The notes under the pieces: model-generated | Database searches by the model: none | The model's input: only the letters and a program-made list of their open reading frames with translations | What the model was told of the DNA's origin: nothing | Part shown: piece by piece, positions 30,156 to 39,232 of the stretch | How positions within the stretch are numbered: position 1 is the first letter of the stretch | How the letters are laid out: each line of letters starts with the position of its first letter | Position numbers and translations under genes: made by a program | NCBI GenBank assembly: GCA_947650875.1 | Contig: CANSXE010000002.1 | Coordinates: 1,232-65,231, forward strand | Length of the DNA stretch: 64,000 nucleotides | DNA from: an uncultured Bacillota bacterium | GTDB taxonomy: Bacteria; Bacillota; Clostridia; Oscillospirales; Oscillospiraceae | Direction of reading: 5' to 3'

Positions 30156-30902
30156 TTATTGACCCGGCTCGCCCCCCAGCAGCCAGGGGAAGAAATAGGC
30201 GGCCTGCTTATACCACCAGGGCCAGTCGTGGGCGCAGTCGTGGCCCCAGAAGTCCACCCAGGTGTGGATACCCTTCCGGTAGAAGATGTCGGCCAGCTGC
30301 CGGGTGGTGTCGGGAATCTCCCAGGGTCCCAGCCCCACGCAGATGGCGGCCCGCTGCCTGTTAAAAATGTCGATATAGTGGTGATTTTCCGGAAAATTGG
30401 CCATATAGTGCACCGGAGAGTTGTGATAAACCACCTCGTCCATATAGCCGCCAAAGCCGTAATCTGCGTTGTAAATACCGCTGAGGGCCAACATTCCGTT
30501 GAACAGATCGGGCCTGCGCAGGTAGAGGTTGGCGGCGTGGGTAGCCCCCAGGCTGCACCCGAAGGAGAGAATCCCATCCTGCCCGGTCCGGTCGAGCATA
30601 CGGGGAGCCATCTCTTTGGTAAGGTAATCCATCCACTGCTCATGCCGCCGCGCCCGCCAATAGGGCTCCCCGCCCTTGTCCGACCAGGTCTCTTTGTCGA
30701 TGGTGTCCACCGAAAAGACGATAATCTGGCCGGATTCGATCCAGGGGGCCAGGGTTTCGGCCATGTGGAAGTCGCCGAAGTCGAAGAAACGGCCGTCCTG
30801 GCAGGGGATATACAGCACCGGCCGGCCGGCGTGGCCGTAGACCATGCACTCCATATCCCGCCCCAGAGCGGGGCTGTAATCGGTGAGATACTCCGTTTTC
30901 AT
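30156..30902 (-). CDS. Esterase family alpha/beta hydrolase
   Basis: YGHAGRP, GCSLG nucleophile elbow, HDWPWW motifs. Confidence 0.85.
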   Translation of the reverse strand: MKTEYLTDYSPALGRDMECMVYGHAGRPVLYIPCQDGRFFDFGDFHMAETLAPWIESGQIIVFSVDTIDKETWSDKGGEPYWRARRHEQWMDYLTKEMAPRMLDRTGQDGILSFGCSLGATHAANLYLRRPDLFNGMLALSGIYNADYGFGGYMDEVVYHNSPVHYMANFPENHHYIDIFNRQRAAICVGLGPWEIPDTTRQLADIFYRKGIHTWVDFWGHDCAHDWPWWYKQAAYFFPWLLGGEPGQ

Positions 30903-30919
30903 ATAAAAACCTCCGTTTT

Positions 30920-30986
30920 GCAGGGGCGGACATGGTCCGCCCGCAGGATAGTTAGGGGCAGGCGGGCACACAGTGTGCGCCTATAC
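30920..30986. repeat. Degenerate GTAG-type REP pair
   Basis: GCAGGGGCGGACATGGTCCGCCCG...CGGGCACACAGTGTGCGCCTATAC. Confidence 0.6.
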
Positions 30987-30988
30987 AG

Positions 30989-31759
30989 TCAGACATCCAG
31001 CTCATACATCAATGTCTCGATGAAGAAGGGGATCTGCTTCTCCCAGCTGGCCTCGCAGTGGTCGCCGCCGGGGACGATGCGGCAGGTAAGCCGGACCCCC
31101 CGGGTGAGCAGCTGGCCCGCGATCCGGGCAAACTGCCCCTGCATCAGCTCGTGATTGCCCAGCTCCCGGGAGCCGTAGTCCATATAAAGCACCGTGTCGG
31201 AGCGCACCTCCGCCCCCCGCACCAGCCGGGCCAGCCGGTCCGGCGCCACCCACAGGGAGGGGGACAGGGCCGCCGCCCGGGAGAAGACCTGGTTATACTC
31301 CAGCAGGGCGTACAGGCTCATCAGCCCGCCCATGGAGCTGCCGGCGATGAAGGTGTGGGGCCGGTCGGGCAGGGTGCGGTACTGCCGGTCGATGGAGGGC
31401 TTGAAGGTGTGGACAAACCAGTCCATTGTGACCCTGCCGTGGCCCGTCACATGGCCGAAATCGGGCTCGTAGAAGGTGTAGGGGGAGTATTCCGACAACC
31501 GCCCGTTGTCCGGGTGGTGGTTGCACTCCACCGCCGCCACAATGAGGGGCACCTGGAAGGCGTCCAGATACTCCCCCAGCCCCCAGCTCTTGCCGTAGGT
31601 GGCGTCGGAGTCGAAAAAGACGTTGTGGCCGTCGAACATATACAGCACAGGATAGTGCCGCTCCGGCGACCAGTCGTAGTCCGCCGGGAGATAGAGATAG
31701 ACCCCCCGGGACTCATTCCCGGTGAGTTCAGGGATGGTTACGTTCCATTTTTGAATCAT
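30989..31759 (-). CDS. Putative esterase (alpha/beta hydrolase)
   Basis: YPVLYMFDGHN, GSSMGG, HCEASW motifs. Confidence 0.87.
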   Translation of the reverse strand: MIQKWNVTIPELTGNESRGVYLYLPADYDWSPERHYPVLYMFDGHNVFFDSDATYGKSWGLGEYLDAFQVPLIVAAVECNHHPDNGRLSEYSPYTFYEPDFGHVTGHGRVTMDWFVHTFKPSIDRQYRTLPDRPHTFIAGSSMGGLMSLYALLEYNQVFSRAAALSPSLWVAPDRLARLVRGAEVRSDTVLYMDYGSRELGNHELMQGQFARIAGQLLTRGVRLTCRIVPGGDHCEASWEKQIPFFIETLMYELDV

Positions 31760-31984
31760 ACTGCTTCCCTCCGGTGTGTTCTTTGACAGTTTATCACAGT
31801 GAAGTTTGAATTTCAATTCTCCCGAAGGGATTTTTCCATATTTCCCGATTCCAGCCGGAGAGCGGACGGGAATTTGTCAGATATAACAAGGCTATTGCGC
31901 CGGACCGGGCTGTGTGGTAAAATATTGGAAACGGTATGGGCCGCTCGCCCCAGCAGGCGAGGGTGACAGGAGGGAGGAAACGCT

Positions 31985-32251
31985 GTGGCGGAGCTGACAT
32001 CCATGCGGAATATCGGCCGGGAGATGGCCTGGAAGCTGGTGGCGGTGGGCATCGAATCCCCGGAACAGCTGGCGGAGGCGGGGGCCAGGGAGGCCTTTTT
32101 CAGACTGAAGAAGACTTTTCCACGGGTGTGCCTGGTGCATCTGTATGCCCTGGAGGGGGCGGTCACCGGCCAGGAGTATAACCAGCTCCCGGAGGAGACA
32201 AAGCGGGACCTGAAGGCTTTCAGCGATTTTTTGAAGAATGGGAGCGTTTAA
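31985..32251 (+). CDS. TfoX/Sxy C-terminal-domain protein
   Basis: LTSMRNIG..LVAVGI..LYALEGA pattern; GGAGG RBS. Confidence 0.78.
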   Translation: MAELTSMRNIGREMAWKLVAVGIESPEQLAEAGAREAFFRLKKTFPRVCLVHLYALEGAVTGQEYNQLPEETKRDLKAFSDFLKNGSV

Positions 32252-32412
32252 AGGGCGGACCCTGCAGGCGCCGTTTTATCCCCTTATGGGGACAGGCAGG
32301 GGTACAAGCCCTGCCCTGTATGGTATACCGGCCGGTATTTCGGAGGGGGTACCAAATATAATAGTTAAAAATCTTTCTTGCATATACTAGGGAATGGTGG
32401 TATAATAACTAC

Positions 32413-32487
32413 TGCCAAGAGTTGAGCAGAACTACGGCAGACACGCAAAAAGGAACCCGGAGGATTGCGCCCTCCGGGTTCCCTTTT
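32413..32487 (+). ncRNA. Putative type I antitoxin sRNA
   Basis: TTGCAT-N17-TATAAT promoter (32378-32406), no ORF, ends in a shared terminator; carries AGTTGAGCAGAA, antisense to the toxin mRNA. Confidence 0.6.
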
Positions 32488-32491
32488 CGGC

Positions 32492-32587
32492 TTAGCGGTC
32501 CTTGCGGTGCCGGTTAAGCCACTTGCTTACATAGTTGCCAACTATGCTCGCCCCTACCGACACGAAAAAGTTGAGCAGAATATCCAC
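32492..32587 (-). CDS. Putative type I toxin (Fst-like), 31 aa
   Basis: MDILLNFFVSVGASIVGNYVSKWLNRHRKDR: TM helix, KWL, basic tail; TTGCGA-N17-TATAAT promoter; SD inside a hairpin. Confidence 0.72.
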   Translation of the reverse strand: MDILLNFFVSVGASIVGNYVSKWLNRHRKDR

Positions 32588-32703
32588 GACATTCACCCCC
32601 TTTCAGGGGAAGGACCCGGAAATATTATATCAGCCTTCGACAATGTTCGCAAGGCTGATCTTTTTTTGTCCAGAGGGCGTTTGTCCCTCTGGTTTTTCTT
32701 TTG

Positions 32704-32732
32704 TCATAACCCCCGGCTTGTCCTCATAGGAT
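32704..32732 (+). promoter_or_regulatory. Sigma-E promoter of the spoIIIA operon
   Basis: TCATAAC-N14-CATAGGAT. Confidence 0.75.
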
Positions 32733-32754
32733 GGGACAAAGGCGGGTGAGAAGC

Positions 32755-33666
32755 ATGATACAGATGACAGCGGCGGACAGCTTTGTGCAGGCGGTGCAGG
32801 CCCTGCCCCTGCGGTTGCGGCAGGAGGCCCTGTCCCTCACGGAGGGGGAGCGGGGCCGGGCTGAGGAGCTGCGCCTGCGGGCGGGCTGGCCCATGACGGC
32901 GGTGCTGCCGGAGGGGGAGCGCCCCCTGGGCGGGGCTCCGGTGGAGGGGCGGGAGCTGGAGCAGCTGGTGGAGATCGCCAGCCGGGCCTCCCTCCATGCG
33001 GTGCTGGACCAGGTGCGCCGGGGCTACCTCACCTTTGAGGGGGGCCACCGTATCGGCCTGTGCGGCACGGTGAGTCTGCGAGACGGGGAAATCCACGGCC
33101 TGCGGGACATCTCCTCCGCCAATCTGCGCATTGCACGGCAGGTGAAGGGGGCGGCTGCCCCGGTGCTGGACAGGCTGTGTCCCGGGGGCCGGCTGGCCGA
33201 CGCCCTGATTCTGGCCCCGCCGGGGCTGGGCAAGACCACGCTCCTCCGGGACCTGATCCGGTCGGTGTCTGAGGGGGAGGGGTGTATCCCCCTGCGGATA
33301 TCTCTGGCCGACGAGCGGGGAGAGGTGGCCGCCATGTACAACGGCGTGCCCCAGATGGAGGTGGGCCGGCGCACCGACGTGGCGGAGGGCTGTCCCAAGG
33401 CCCAGGGGCTGATGCTCCTCCTGCGGGCTATGAACCCCCAGGTGCTGGCAGTGGATGAGATCACCGCGCCGGAGGATGTGCGGGCCCTTACCATGGCGGC
33501 GGGGTGCGGCGTCACCCTGCTGGCCACTGCCCACGGGGAGGACCGGACAGCTCTGGAGCGCCGGCCCCTGTACCGCCCCCTGCTGGAGGAGGGGCTGTTT
33601 CGATTTTTGGTCCGCATCCGCCGGGAGGGGGAGCGGCGAGTTTATACTGTAGAGGAGCTGAGGTAG
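32755..33666 (+). CDS. spoIIIAA: Stage III sporulation protein AA (ATPase)
   Basis: EELRLR, GYLTFEGGHRIG, PPGLGKTTLLRD, DERGEVA, VDEI motifs. Confidence 0.93.
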   Translation: MIQMTAADSFVQAVQALPLRLRQEALSLTEGERGRAEELRLRAGWPMTAVLPEGERPLGGAPVEGRELEQLVEIASRASLHAVLDQVRRGYLTFEGGHRIGLCGTVSLRDGEIHGLRDISSANLRIARQVKGAAAPVLDRLCPGGRLADALILAPPGLGKTTLLRDLIRSVSEGEGCIPLRISLADERGEVAAMYNGVPQMEVGRRTDVAEGCPKAQGLMLLLRAMNPQVLAVDEITAPEDVRALTMAAGCGVTLLATAHGEDRTALERRPLYRPLLEEGLFRFLVRIRREGERRVYTVEELR

Positions 33667-34176
33667 ATGATACGTCTGATGGGCGCCGTTCTGGTGGCGG
33701 CGGGGGGAGCGATACTGGGCTTTCAGGCGGCTGCGGTCCTGCGGAGAAGGGGCCGGGCGGTCCGGCGGATGGAGGAGGGGCTGGCCCTGCTGGAGCGGGA
33801 GCTGGAGCTGAACGCGCCGCCCCTGTCCCGGCTGCTGGAGCGGGGGGGCGCCCACAGTCAGGGACCGGCCAGGGCGCTGTTTCAGGGCTGTACACAGGGG
33901 CTGGACAACCTGGATCGGGAGGATTTCTCCAGTCTGTGGAGGAGACTGGTCCGGGAGCGGGCCGAGCTGACGCCTGAGGGACAGGCTATTCTGCTCCCTC
34001 TGGGGAACACCCTGGGCCGGTATGAGGGAGAGCGCCAGCGGGAGACCCTGTCCGCGGCCCGCCGCCGCCTGGGAGAGCTGGCCGCCCGCCTGGAGACAGA
34101 CAGCCGGAGACAGGGAAGGGTGTATCAGGTCCTGGGGCTGTCCGGCGGGGCATTTCTGGTGATTTTGCTGCTGTAG
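33667..34176 (+). CDS. spoIIIAB: Stage III sporulation protein AB
   Basis: Operon position, terminal TM helices, LG..LGRY motif. Confidence 0.85.
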   Translation: MIRLMGAVLVAAGGAILGFQAAAVLRRRGRAVRRMEEGLALLERELELNAPPLSRLLERGGAHSQGPARALFQGCTQGLDNLDREDFSSLWRRLVRERAELTPEGQAILLPLGNTLGRYEGERQRETLSAARRRLGELAARLETDSRRQGRVYQVLGLSGGAFLVILLL

Positions 34177-34197
34177 GGGCGCATCGTGATGCGTCCC
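34173..34197 (+). repeat. Single GTAG-type REP
   Basis: GTAGGGGCGCATCGTGATGCGTCCC; its TAG is the spoIIIAB stop codon. Confidence 0.65.
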
Positions 34198-34234
34198 TGC
34201 CGATTCAAATTACGAAAGAGGGCGAACCTATTCC

Positions 34235-34429
34235 ATGGAAGTTGATCTGATCTTCAAGATTGCGGCCATCGGTATTCTGGTGGCGGTGCTGAACCAGGTG
34301 CTCAGCCGGGCAGGGCGGGACGAACAGGCCATGATGACCACGTTGGCGGGTCTGGTGGTGGTGCTGATGATGGTGGTCCAGGAGATCGCCAGTCTCTTCG
34401 ACCTGGTGAAGGACCTGTTCGGGCTGTGA
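34235..34429 (+). CDS. spoIIIAC: Stage III sporulation protein AC
   Basis: MEVDLIFKIAAIGILVAVLNQVL..GRDEQA. Confidence 0.93.
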   Translation: MEVDLIFKIAAIGILVAVLNQVLSRAGRDEQAMMTTLAGLVVVLMMVVQEIASLFDLVKDLFGL

Positions 34430-34818
34430 TGGAAGCTATGGCGAAGCTGACTGCCGTGGGGGTGACGGCGGTGGTGCTCAGCGCGGTATTGAAGAAGAAC
34501 ACCCCGGAGCTGGCCCTGCTGCTGGTTTTGGCCGCGGGGGTGTGGATGCTGGTTCTGGTGGCCAACGGCCTGGGGGCGGTTGTGGCCCTGATGGAGGAGC
34601 TGGCGGACCAGGCCGGCCTGTCTGAGACACTGCTGGAGCCGGTGGTGAAGACGGTGGCGCTGTCCATCCTCACCAGGCTGACGGCGGAAATTTGCCGCTC
34701 GGCGGGAGAGGGAGGGGTGGCGGCCTTTGTGGAGACGGCGGGAACGGTGCTGGCCCTCCTGGCCGCCCTGCCCCTGGTCCGGGCGGTGGCCCAGCTGATG
34801 GGGGAGCTGCTGATATGA
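34426..34818 (+). CDS. spoIIIAD: Stage III sporulation protein AD
   Basis: AEICRSAGEGGVA..VE.AG motif, operon position. Confidence 0.9.
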   Translation: MMEAMAKLTAVGVTAVVLSAVLKKNTPELALLLVLAAGVWMLVLVANGLGAVVALMEELADQAGLSETLLEPVVKTVALSILTRLTAEICRSAGEGGVAAFVETAGTVLALLAALPLVRAVAQLMGELLI

Positions 34819-35876
34819 GACATATGCTGATATTCTGTGCGCTGGCCGCGCTGTGTGTGGTCCCCGCCCTGGGGGCGGAGCTGACCGTCCCCGGTCTGGA
34901 GCAGGTCTGGGAGACGGCGGAGAGCTGCGGCGTGGACCGGGATGCCACCCTGGACCAGGGGCTGTCTAACCTGTTCCGCGACGCGCTGGAGCAGCTGAAT
35001 ACCCTCCTTCGGGCCAGCCTGTCCGCCGCGGCCAAGCTGGTGGCAGTGGTGCTGCTGTGCGCCCTGGCCGGAAGCGCCAGGGCGGGGGAGGAGAGCGGCC
35101 TTATGGCGGTAACCGTCGCCGGGGCGCTGGCCATCACCGCCCTGACCATGACGGATATGTCCGCTATGATCGGTCTGGGCCGGGATACCATGGAGCGGAT
35201 GGAGGAATTTTCCTCCCTTTTCCTGCCTGTGGTGGCGGTGCTGACGGCGGCCACCGGAGGGGTGACCGCCGCAGCCGCCCGGCAGGGGGCCACGGTGCTG
35301 TTCTCCCAGCTGTTGATTACCGCTATGGACAGGCTGCTGATCCCTCTGGTCTATGCCTTTGTGGCGGTGAGCTGCGCCCACGCCGCGGTGGGCAATCCGG
35401 GGCTGAAAAAGGTGGCGGACCTGCTGAAAGGGACGGTTACCTTTGTTCTGACCGCCCTGCTGCTGGCCTTTGTGGGCTACCTCACCGCCAGCGGGGCCAT
35501 CGCGGGCAGTGTGGATGCCTCCGCCGTCAAAGCGGCCAAGCTGGCTATCTCCCGGGCCATCCCGGTGGTGGGGGGGATTCTGGCCGACGCTTCTGAGTCG
35601 GTGCTGGCCGGGGCGGGAGTTCTGCGGGGCGCTGTGGGGATGACGGGGCTGCTGGTGGTGCTGGCCGTGTGTTTGACCCCGTTTCTGCGGCTGGCCGTCC
35701 AGTATCTGGTGTATAAGGGGGCGGCCGCCCTGTGCGCTATGGTGGCCCAGCCCAGGCTGTCCGGCCTGATTGACGCCATTGGCTCTGCCTTTGGGCTGGT
35801 ACTGGGGATGACCGGGGCCGGGGCGCTGGTGCTGCTGGTGAGCCTGGTGTCCGCAGTAAAGGCGGTGGTCCCGTGA
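34815..35876 (+). CDS. spoIIIAE: Stage III sporulation protein AE
   Basis: Polytopic membrane protein, IPVVGGILAD motif. Confidence 0.9.
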   Translation: MRHMLIFCALAALCVVPALGAELTVPGLEQVWETAESCGVDRDATLDQGLSNLFRDALEQLNTLLRASLSAAAKLVAVVLLCALAGSARAGEESGLMAVTVAGALAITALTMTDMSAMIGLGRDTMERMEEFSSLFLPVVAVLTAATGGVTAAAARQGATVLFSQLLITAMDRLLIPLVYAFVAVSCAHAAVGNPGLKKVADLLKGTVTFVLTALLLAFVGYLTASGAIAGSVDASAVKAAKLAISRAIPVVGGILADASESVLAGAGVLRGAVGMTGLLVVLAVCLTPFLRLAVQYLVYKGAAALCAMVAQPRLSGLIDAIGSAFGLVLGMTGAGALVLLVSLVSAVKAVVP

Positions 35877-36367
35877 CGGCGGTGAGAAGCTGGCTGCTGG
35901 CTGTGATTGCCGTGTCCCTCCTGTGTGCGGTGGCCGACGCCCTTATGCCGCAGGGGGCGATAAAACGGGTGGGAAAGCTGGTGTGCGGCCTGGTACTCAT
36001 AGGGGCGGTGCTGTCCCCTGGGGCAAGCCTGGACGCGGAGGAGGGCCAGCGCTGGCTGGACAGCTGCCTGTCCGGCGCGGAATGGCGGGAGGAGGAGCTG
36101 AAAAACGAAGTCAACAGCCAGATGAAAACCATCATAGAACAGGAGTATGCCGCATATATTGTGGACAAGGCGGCAGGGCTTGGGCTGACATGTACGGTTC
36201 AAGTGGAGTGCGCACTGTCAGAGGACGGACTGTATCTCCCGGTACGGACGGAGGTCGCCGGCCCTCAGACGGCCGAGGTTCAGGCTCAGCTGATCCGGAT
36301 TATTTCAGAGGACCTGGGCGTTCCGGACTCGGCTCAGATTTACATAGATAAGGAGGAACTGCCGTGA
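35873..36367 (+). CDS. spoIIIAF: Stage III sporulation protein AF
   Basis: LMPQG..KR..KLVCGL motif, operon position. Confidence 0.85.
   Translation: MTAVRSWLLAVIAVSLLCAVADALMPQGAIKRVGKLVCGLVLIGAVLSPGASLDAEEGQRWLDSCLSGAEWREEELKNEVNSQMKTIIEQEYAAYIVDKAAGLGLTCTVQVECALSEDGLYLPVRTEVAGPQTAEVQAQLIRIISEDLGVPDSAQIYIDKEELP
36132..36160 (+). promoter_or_regulatory. Internal sigma-E promoter for spoIIIAG-AH
   Basis: TCATAGA-N14-CATATATT inside spoIIIAF. Confidence 0.6.
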
Positions 36368-36870
36368 AATGGAAGTGGCCCGAGGCGGCTCAGAGGTGGA
36401 AGGGGGCGCTGGGGAAGTATTCGTATGTACTGCTGGTGATTGCGGCGGGGGTTGTGCTCTTGCTGCTGCCCTCCGGGGGACGGGACAGTCCGAAGGCTCC
36501 GGACCGGGAGGAGGAGACTGCCTTCGACCTGGATGCCTTTGAGGAAAAGCTGGGGCGCACCCTGTCTCAGGTCGAAGGGGCGGGGGAGGTGCAGGTGGTC
36601 CTTACCCTGGACGGAGGGAGCCGCCAGGTGGTGGCCCGCAACCAGGAGCGGGACGGCGAGGGGGGCGGCTCCAATACGGTGGTCACGGTGGGAAAGGGCT
36701 CCGGGCAGCAGGCCGTGGTTCCCCTTCAGACGGTGGCCCCGGAGTTTCGGGGGGCGCTGGTGGTGTGCCCCGGCGGCGGAAACGCCGCGATCCGCCTGAA
36801 ACTGATCGAAGCGGTGTCTGCCCTCACCGGACTGGGCTCAGACCGGATCTCGGTGTGTCAGGGGGGATAG
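36364..36870 (+). CDS. spoIIIAG: Stage III sporulation protein AG
   Basis: LSQVEGAGEVQVVLT, P.FRGALVVCPGG, AVSALTG..RISV motifs. Confidence 0.88.
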   Translation: MKWKWPEAAQRWKGALGKYSYVLLVIAAGVVLLLLPSGGRDSPKAPDREEETAFDLDAFEEKLGRTLSQVEGAGEVQVVLTLDGGSRQVVARNQERDGEGGGSNTVVTVGKGSGQQAVVPLQTVAPEFRGALVVCPGGGNAAIRLKLIEAVSALTGLGSDRISVCQGG

Positions 36871-36929
36871 AAGGCATTCGCCCTGAACGGGAAGCCTTTG
36901 GAGGAATCAAAAAACAAGGAGGAACGATT

Positions 36930-37562
36930 ATGAGAACGAAAAAAAGCGACTGGTCGCAGCTGTGGAGACGAAATGCGGTGGTAGCGGCCGTTGCCCTGTT
37001 TGTATGCGCGGCGGTATACCTCAACTGGAACTACGGCAAGGAGACCGACGCGGGCAAGACCCTGGGTCAGTCCACTATGGTGGGCAACCAGACCAAGGAC
37101 CCGCTGGTGAAGGGGGACAGCTCCGCCACAACGGGCACCGCCGCCGGCGACAGCTCCGGGGAGACCCAGACCGGCGGGGAGGTCCAGCAGGACACCGGGG
37201 CCGAAAGCAGCGCCTACTTTGCCACCGCCCGGCTCAACCGGCAGCAGGCCCGGGACAGCGCGCTGTCTCTGCTCCAGGACGCCGCCGCCCGGGAGGACGC
37301 CGACGAAGCGGTAAAGACCCAGCTCAACGACAACATTCAGACCATGGCCGACTACACCGTCACCGAAGCCCAGATTGAGAACCTGGTGGTGGCCAAGGGG
37401 TATACCGACTGTGTGGCCTTTATCGGGGAGGACGCCCTGTCTCTGGCTGTCTCCGCCCCGGAGGGCGGGCTGACCGAGGCGGACACCGCGAAAATTCTGG
37501 ACGTGGTGAAGCAGACTGCCGGATATACTGCCGACCAGGTGACCATTATTGAGGTGGAGTAG
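36930..37562 (+). CDS. spoIIIAH: Stage III sporulation protein AH
   Basis: AVYLN TM segment, YFATARLNR, IENLVVAKGY.DCVA motifs. Confidence 0.9.
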   Translation: MRTKKSDWSQLWRRNAVVAAVALFVCAAVYLNWNYGKETDAGKTLGQSTMVGNQTKDPLVKGDSSATTGTAAGDSSGETQTGGEVQQDTGAESSAYFATARLNRQQARDSALSLLQDAAAREDADEAVKTQLNDNIQTMADYTVTEAQIENLVVAKGYTDCVAFIGEDALSLAVSAPEGGLTEADTAKILDVVKQTAGYTADQVTIIEVE

Positions 37563-37682
37563 GGAAGTTCTGGGGGAAAAACAGGTTTCCGGGAGTTTTT
37601 TTTCTGTGAGGTTGTCAAACGGGCAAAAGTGTGGTAGAATAGCGATACCGTTTTGAAAACTGGAAACAGGAGTGGTAACACA

Positions 37683-38033
37683 ATGGGCGAAAGCAAGGAT
37701 TACGTCTCCCGCTCTGATGAGCTGGGCAACATCCACATCTCGGAAGAGGTGCTGGCGGCCATCTCCGCCGCCGCCGCGCTGGAGGTGGAGGGCGTCAGCA
37801 GTCTGACTAACCCGAGTAAGAAGAACGCTGCCAAGGGGGTTCACGTCAAGCTGGAGGAGGAGAAGGTGGTTGTCGCCATGTCCATCCTCATGGCCTACGG
37901 ACACACCATCCCCGAGATGGGCAAGGCCGTTCAGGAAGCGGTGAAGAACGCCATCGAGTCCATGAGCGGGCTGGAGGTCGCCGCCGTCAACGTCAGTGTG
38001 AGCGGTATCGTTTTTCCGCAAAAGGAGCAATAA
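37683..38033 (+). CDS. Asp23/Gls24 family envelope stress protein
   Basis: GNIHISEEV..AALEVEGV, VQEAVK..IESMSGL.V..VNV motifs; usual position after spoIIIAH. Confidence 0.88.
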   Translation: MGESKDYVSRSDELGNIHISEEVLAAISAAAALEVEGVSSLTNPSKKNAAKGVHVKLEEEKVVVAMSILMAYGHTIPEMGKAVQEAVKNAIESMSGLEVAAVNVSVSGIVFPQKEQ

Positions 38034-38066
38034 AAATCGCCCCGCCGGCCGGCGGGGCGATTTTTA

Positions 38067-39167
38067 TTACCATTTTTGCAGCTGCCGCAGGAGAATTCCC
38101 GCAATATCCTCGCAGGAGCCCTGAATCTGAACGGCCCCGATGTTGTAGGCCGCCATGGGCATGCCGTACACCACGCAGGATTCCTTGTCCTGACCGATGG
38201 TGTAGGCCCCGGCCTGACGCATCTTCAGAAGGCCGTCGGCGCCGTCCCGGCCCATGCCGGTCATGATGATGCCGGCCATTTTGCACTTGACCTGTTCGGC
38301 CATGGAGAAGAACAGCGCGTCTACCGAGGGACGATGGCCGCTGACCTTCTCCCCGGGCTGGCAGGAGACGGTGTATCGGGAGCCGGAACGGACAATGCGC
38401 ATCTGAAAGTCCGCCGGAGCCAGCAGGGCCAGGCCGCGGCGCAGCTCGTCGCCGTTTTTGGCCTCACGCACCTCCATATGGCACAGGCGGTCGAGCCGGT
38501 CGGCGTACATCTGGGTGAAGCCGACGGGCATGTGCTGGACGATGAGCATGGGCGGAATGTCGGCAGGAAGCCGCTTCATGACCTCCAGGGTGGCTTCGGT
38601 GCCGCCGGTGGAGGCGCCAAGGGCGATGATCACACTGTCCAGCGAGGGCCGGCTGCCCAGCAGCGGGGGAGCTGGAGCGGCGGGCTTGGTACCGGTGGTG
38701 GGCAGCCGGGCCCCGCCGGCGGAGGAGACCGCCGGTTTGGCGGGGGTAATCAGGGGGGCGGACTGGACACGGACCTTGGCGGTGGCGGCGGTGATCACTT
38801 TGCTGGTAAGGGTCCGGACAAAGGCCTCGTTCTGCCCTGGCTCAGGCTTGCGGATAAAGTCTACCGCACCGGCAGACAGGGCGTCGAATACCCGCAGGTT
38901 CAGAGAGGAGACCAGGATAACGGGCAGAGGAACAACGGGAAGCAGCTGCTTCAAAAATTCAATGCCGCTCATACCGGGCATCTCAACGTCCAGCGTCATA
39001 ACGTGGGGCTTGAGCTGTTCGACTTTGGCCCTGGCGTCCTGGGCGTTGAAGGCGGTGCCCACAATCTCAATCTGAGGGGAGGTCTTCAGTCCGTTTGAAA
39101 TCATGGTACGGGCCAAAATGGAATCGTCCACCACTAAGACACGGATTTTTTTGCTGGCTGACAACAT
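38067..39167 (-). CDS. cheB: Chemotaxis methylesterase CheB
   Basis: REC domain (VDDS, LDVEMP) plus GASTGG, VQHMP, HRPSVD, TGMGRDGA motifs. Confidence 0.95.
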   Translation of the reverse strand: MLSASKKIRVLVVDDSILARTMISNGLKTSPQIEIVGTAFNAQDARAKVEQLKPHVMTLDVEMPGMSGIEFLKQLLPVVPLPVILVSSLNLRVFDALSAGAVDFIRKPEPGQNEAFVRTLTSKVITAATAKVRVQSAPLITPAKPAVSSAGGARLPTTGTKPAAPAPPLLGSRPSLDSVIIALGASTGGTEATLEVMKRLPADIPPMLIVQHMPVGFTQMYADRLDRLCHMEVREAKNGDELRRGLALLAPADFQMRIVRSGSRYTVSCQPGEKVSGHRPSVDALFFSMAEQVKCKMAGIIMTGMGRDGADGLLKMRQAGAYTIGQDKESCVVYGMPMAAYNIGAVQIQGSCEDIAGILLRQLQKW

Positions 39168-39232
39168 GGCAAGTTCTCCTTTTTCAGGGGGCTCAAGCTC
39201 ATCCCGACCAGGTATATGGATCGGGACAACAA

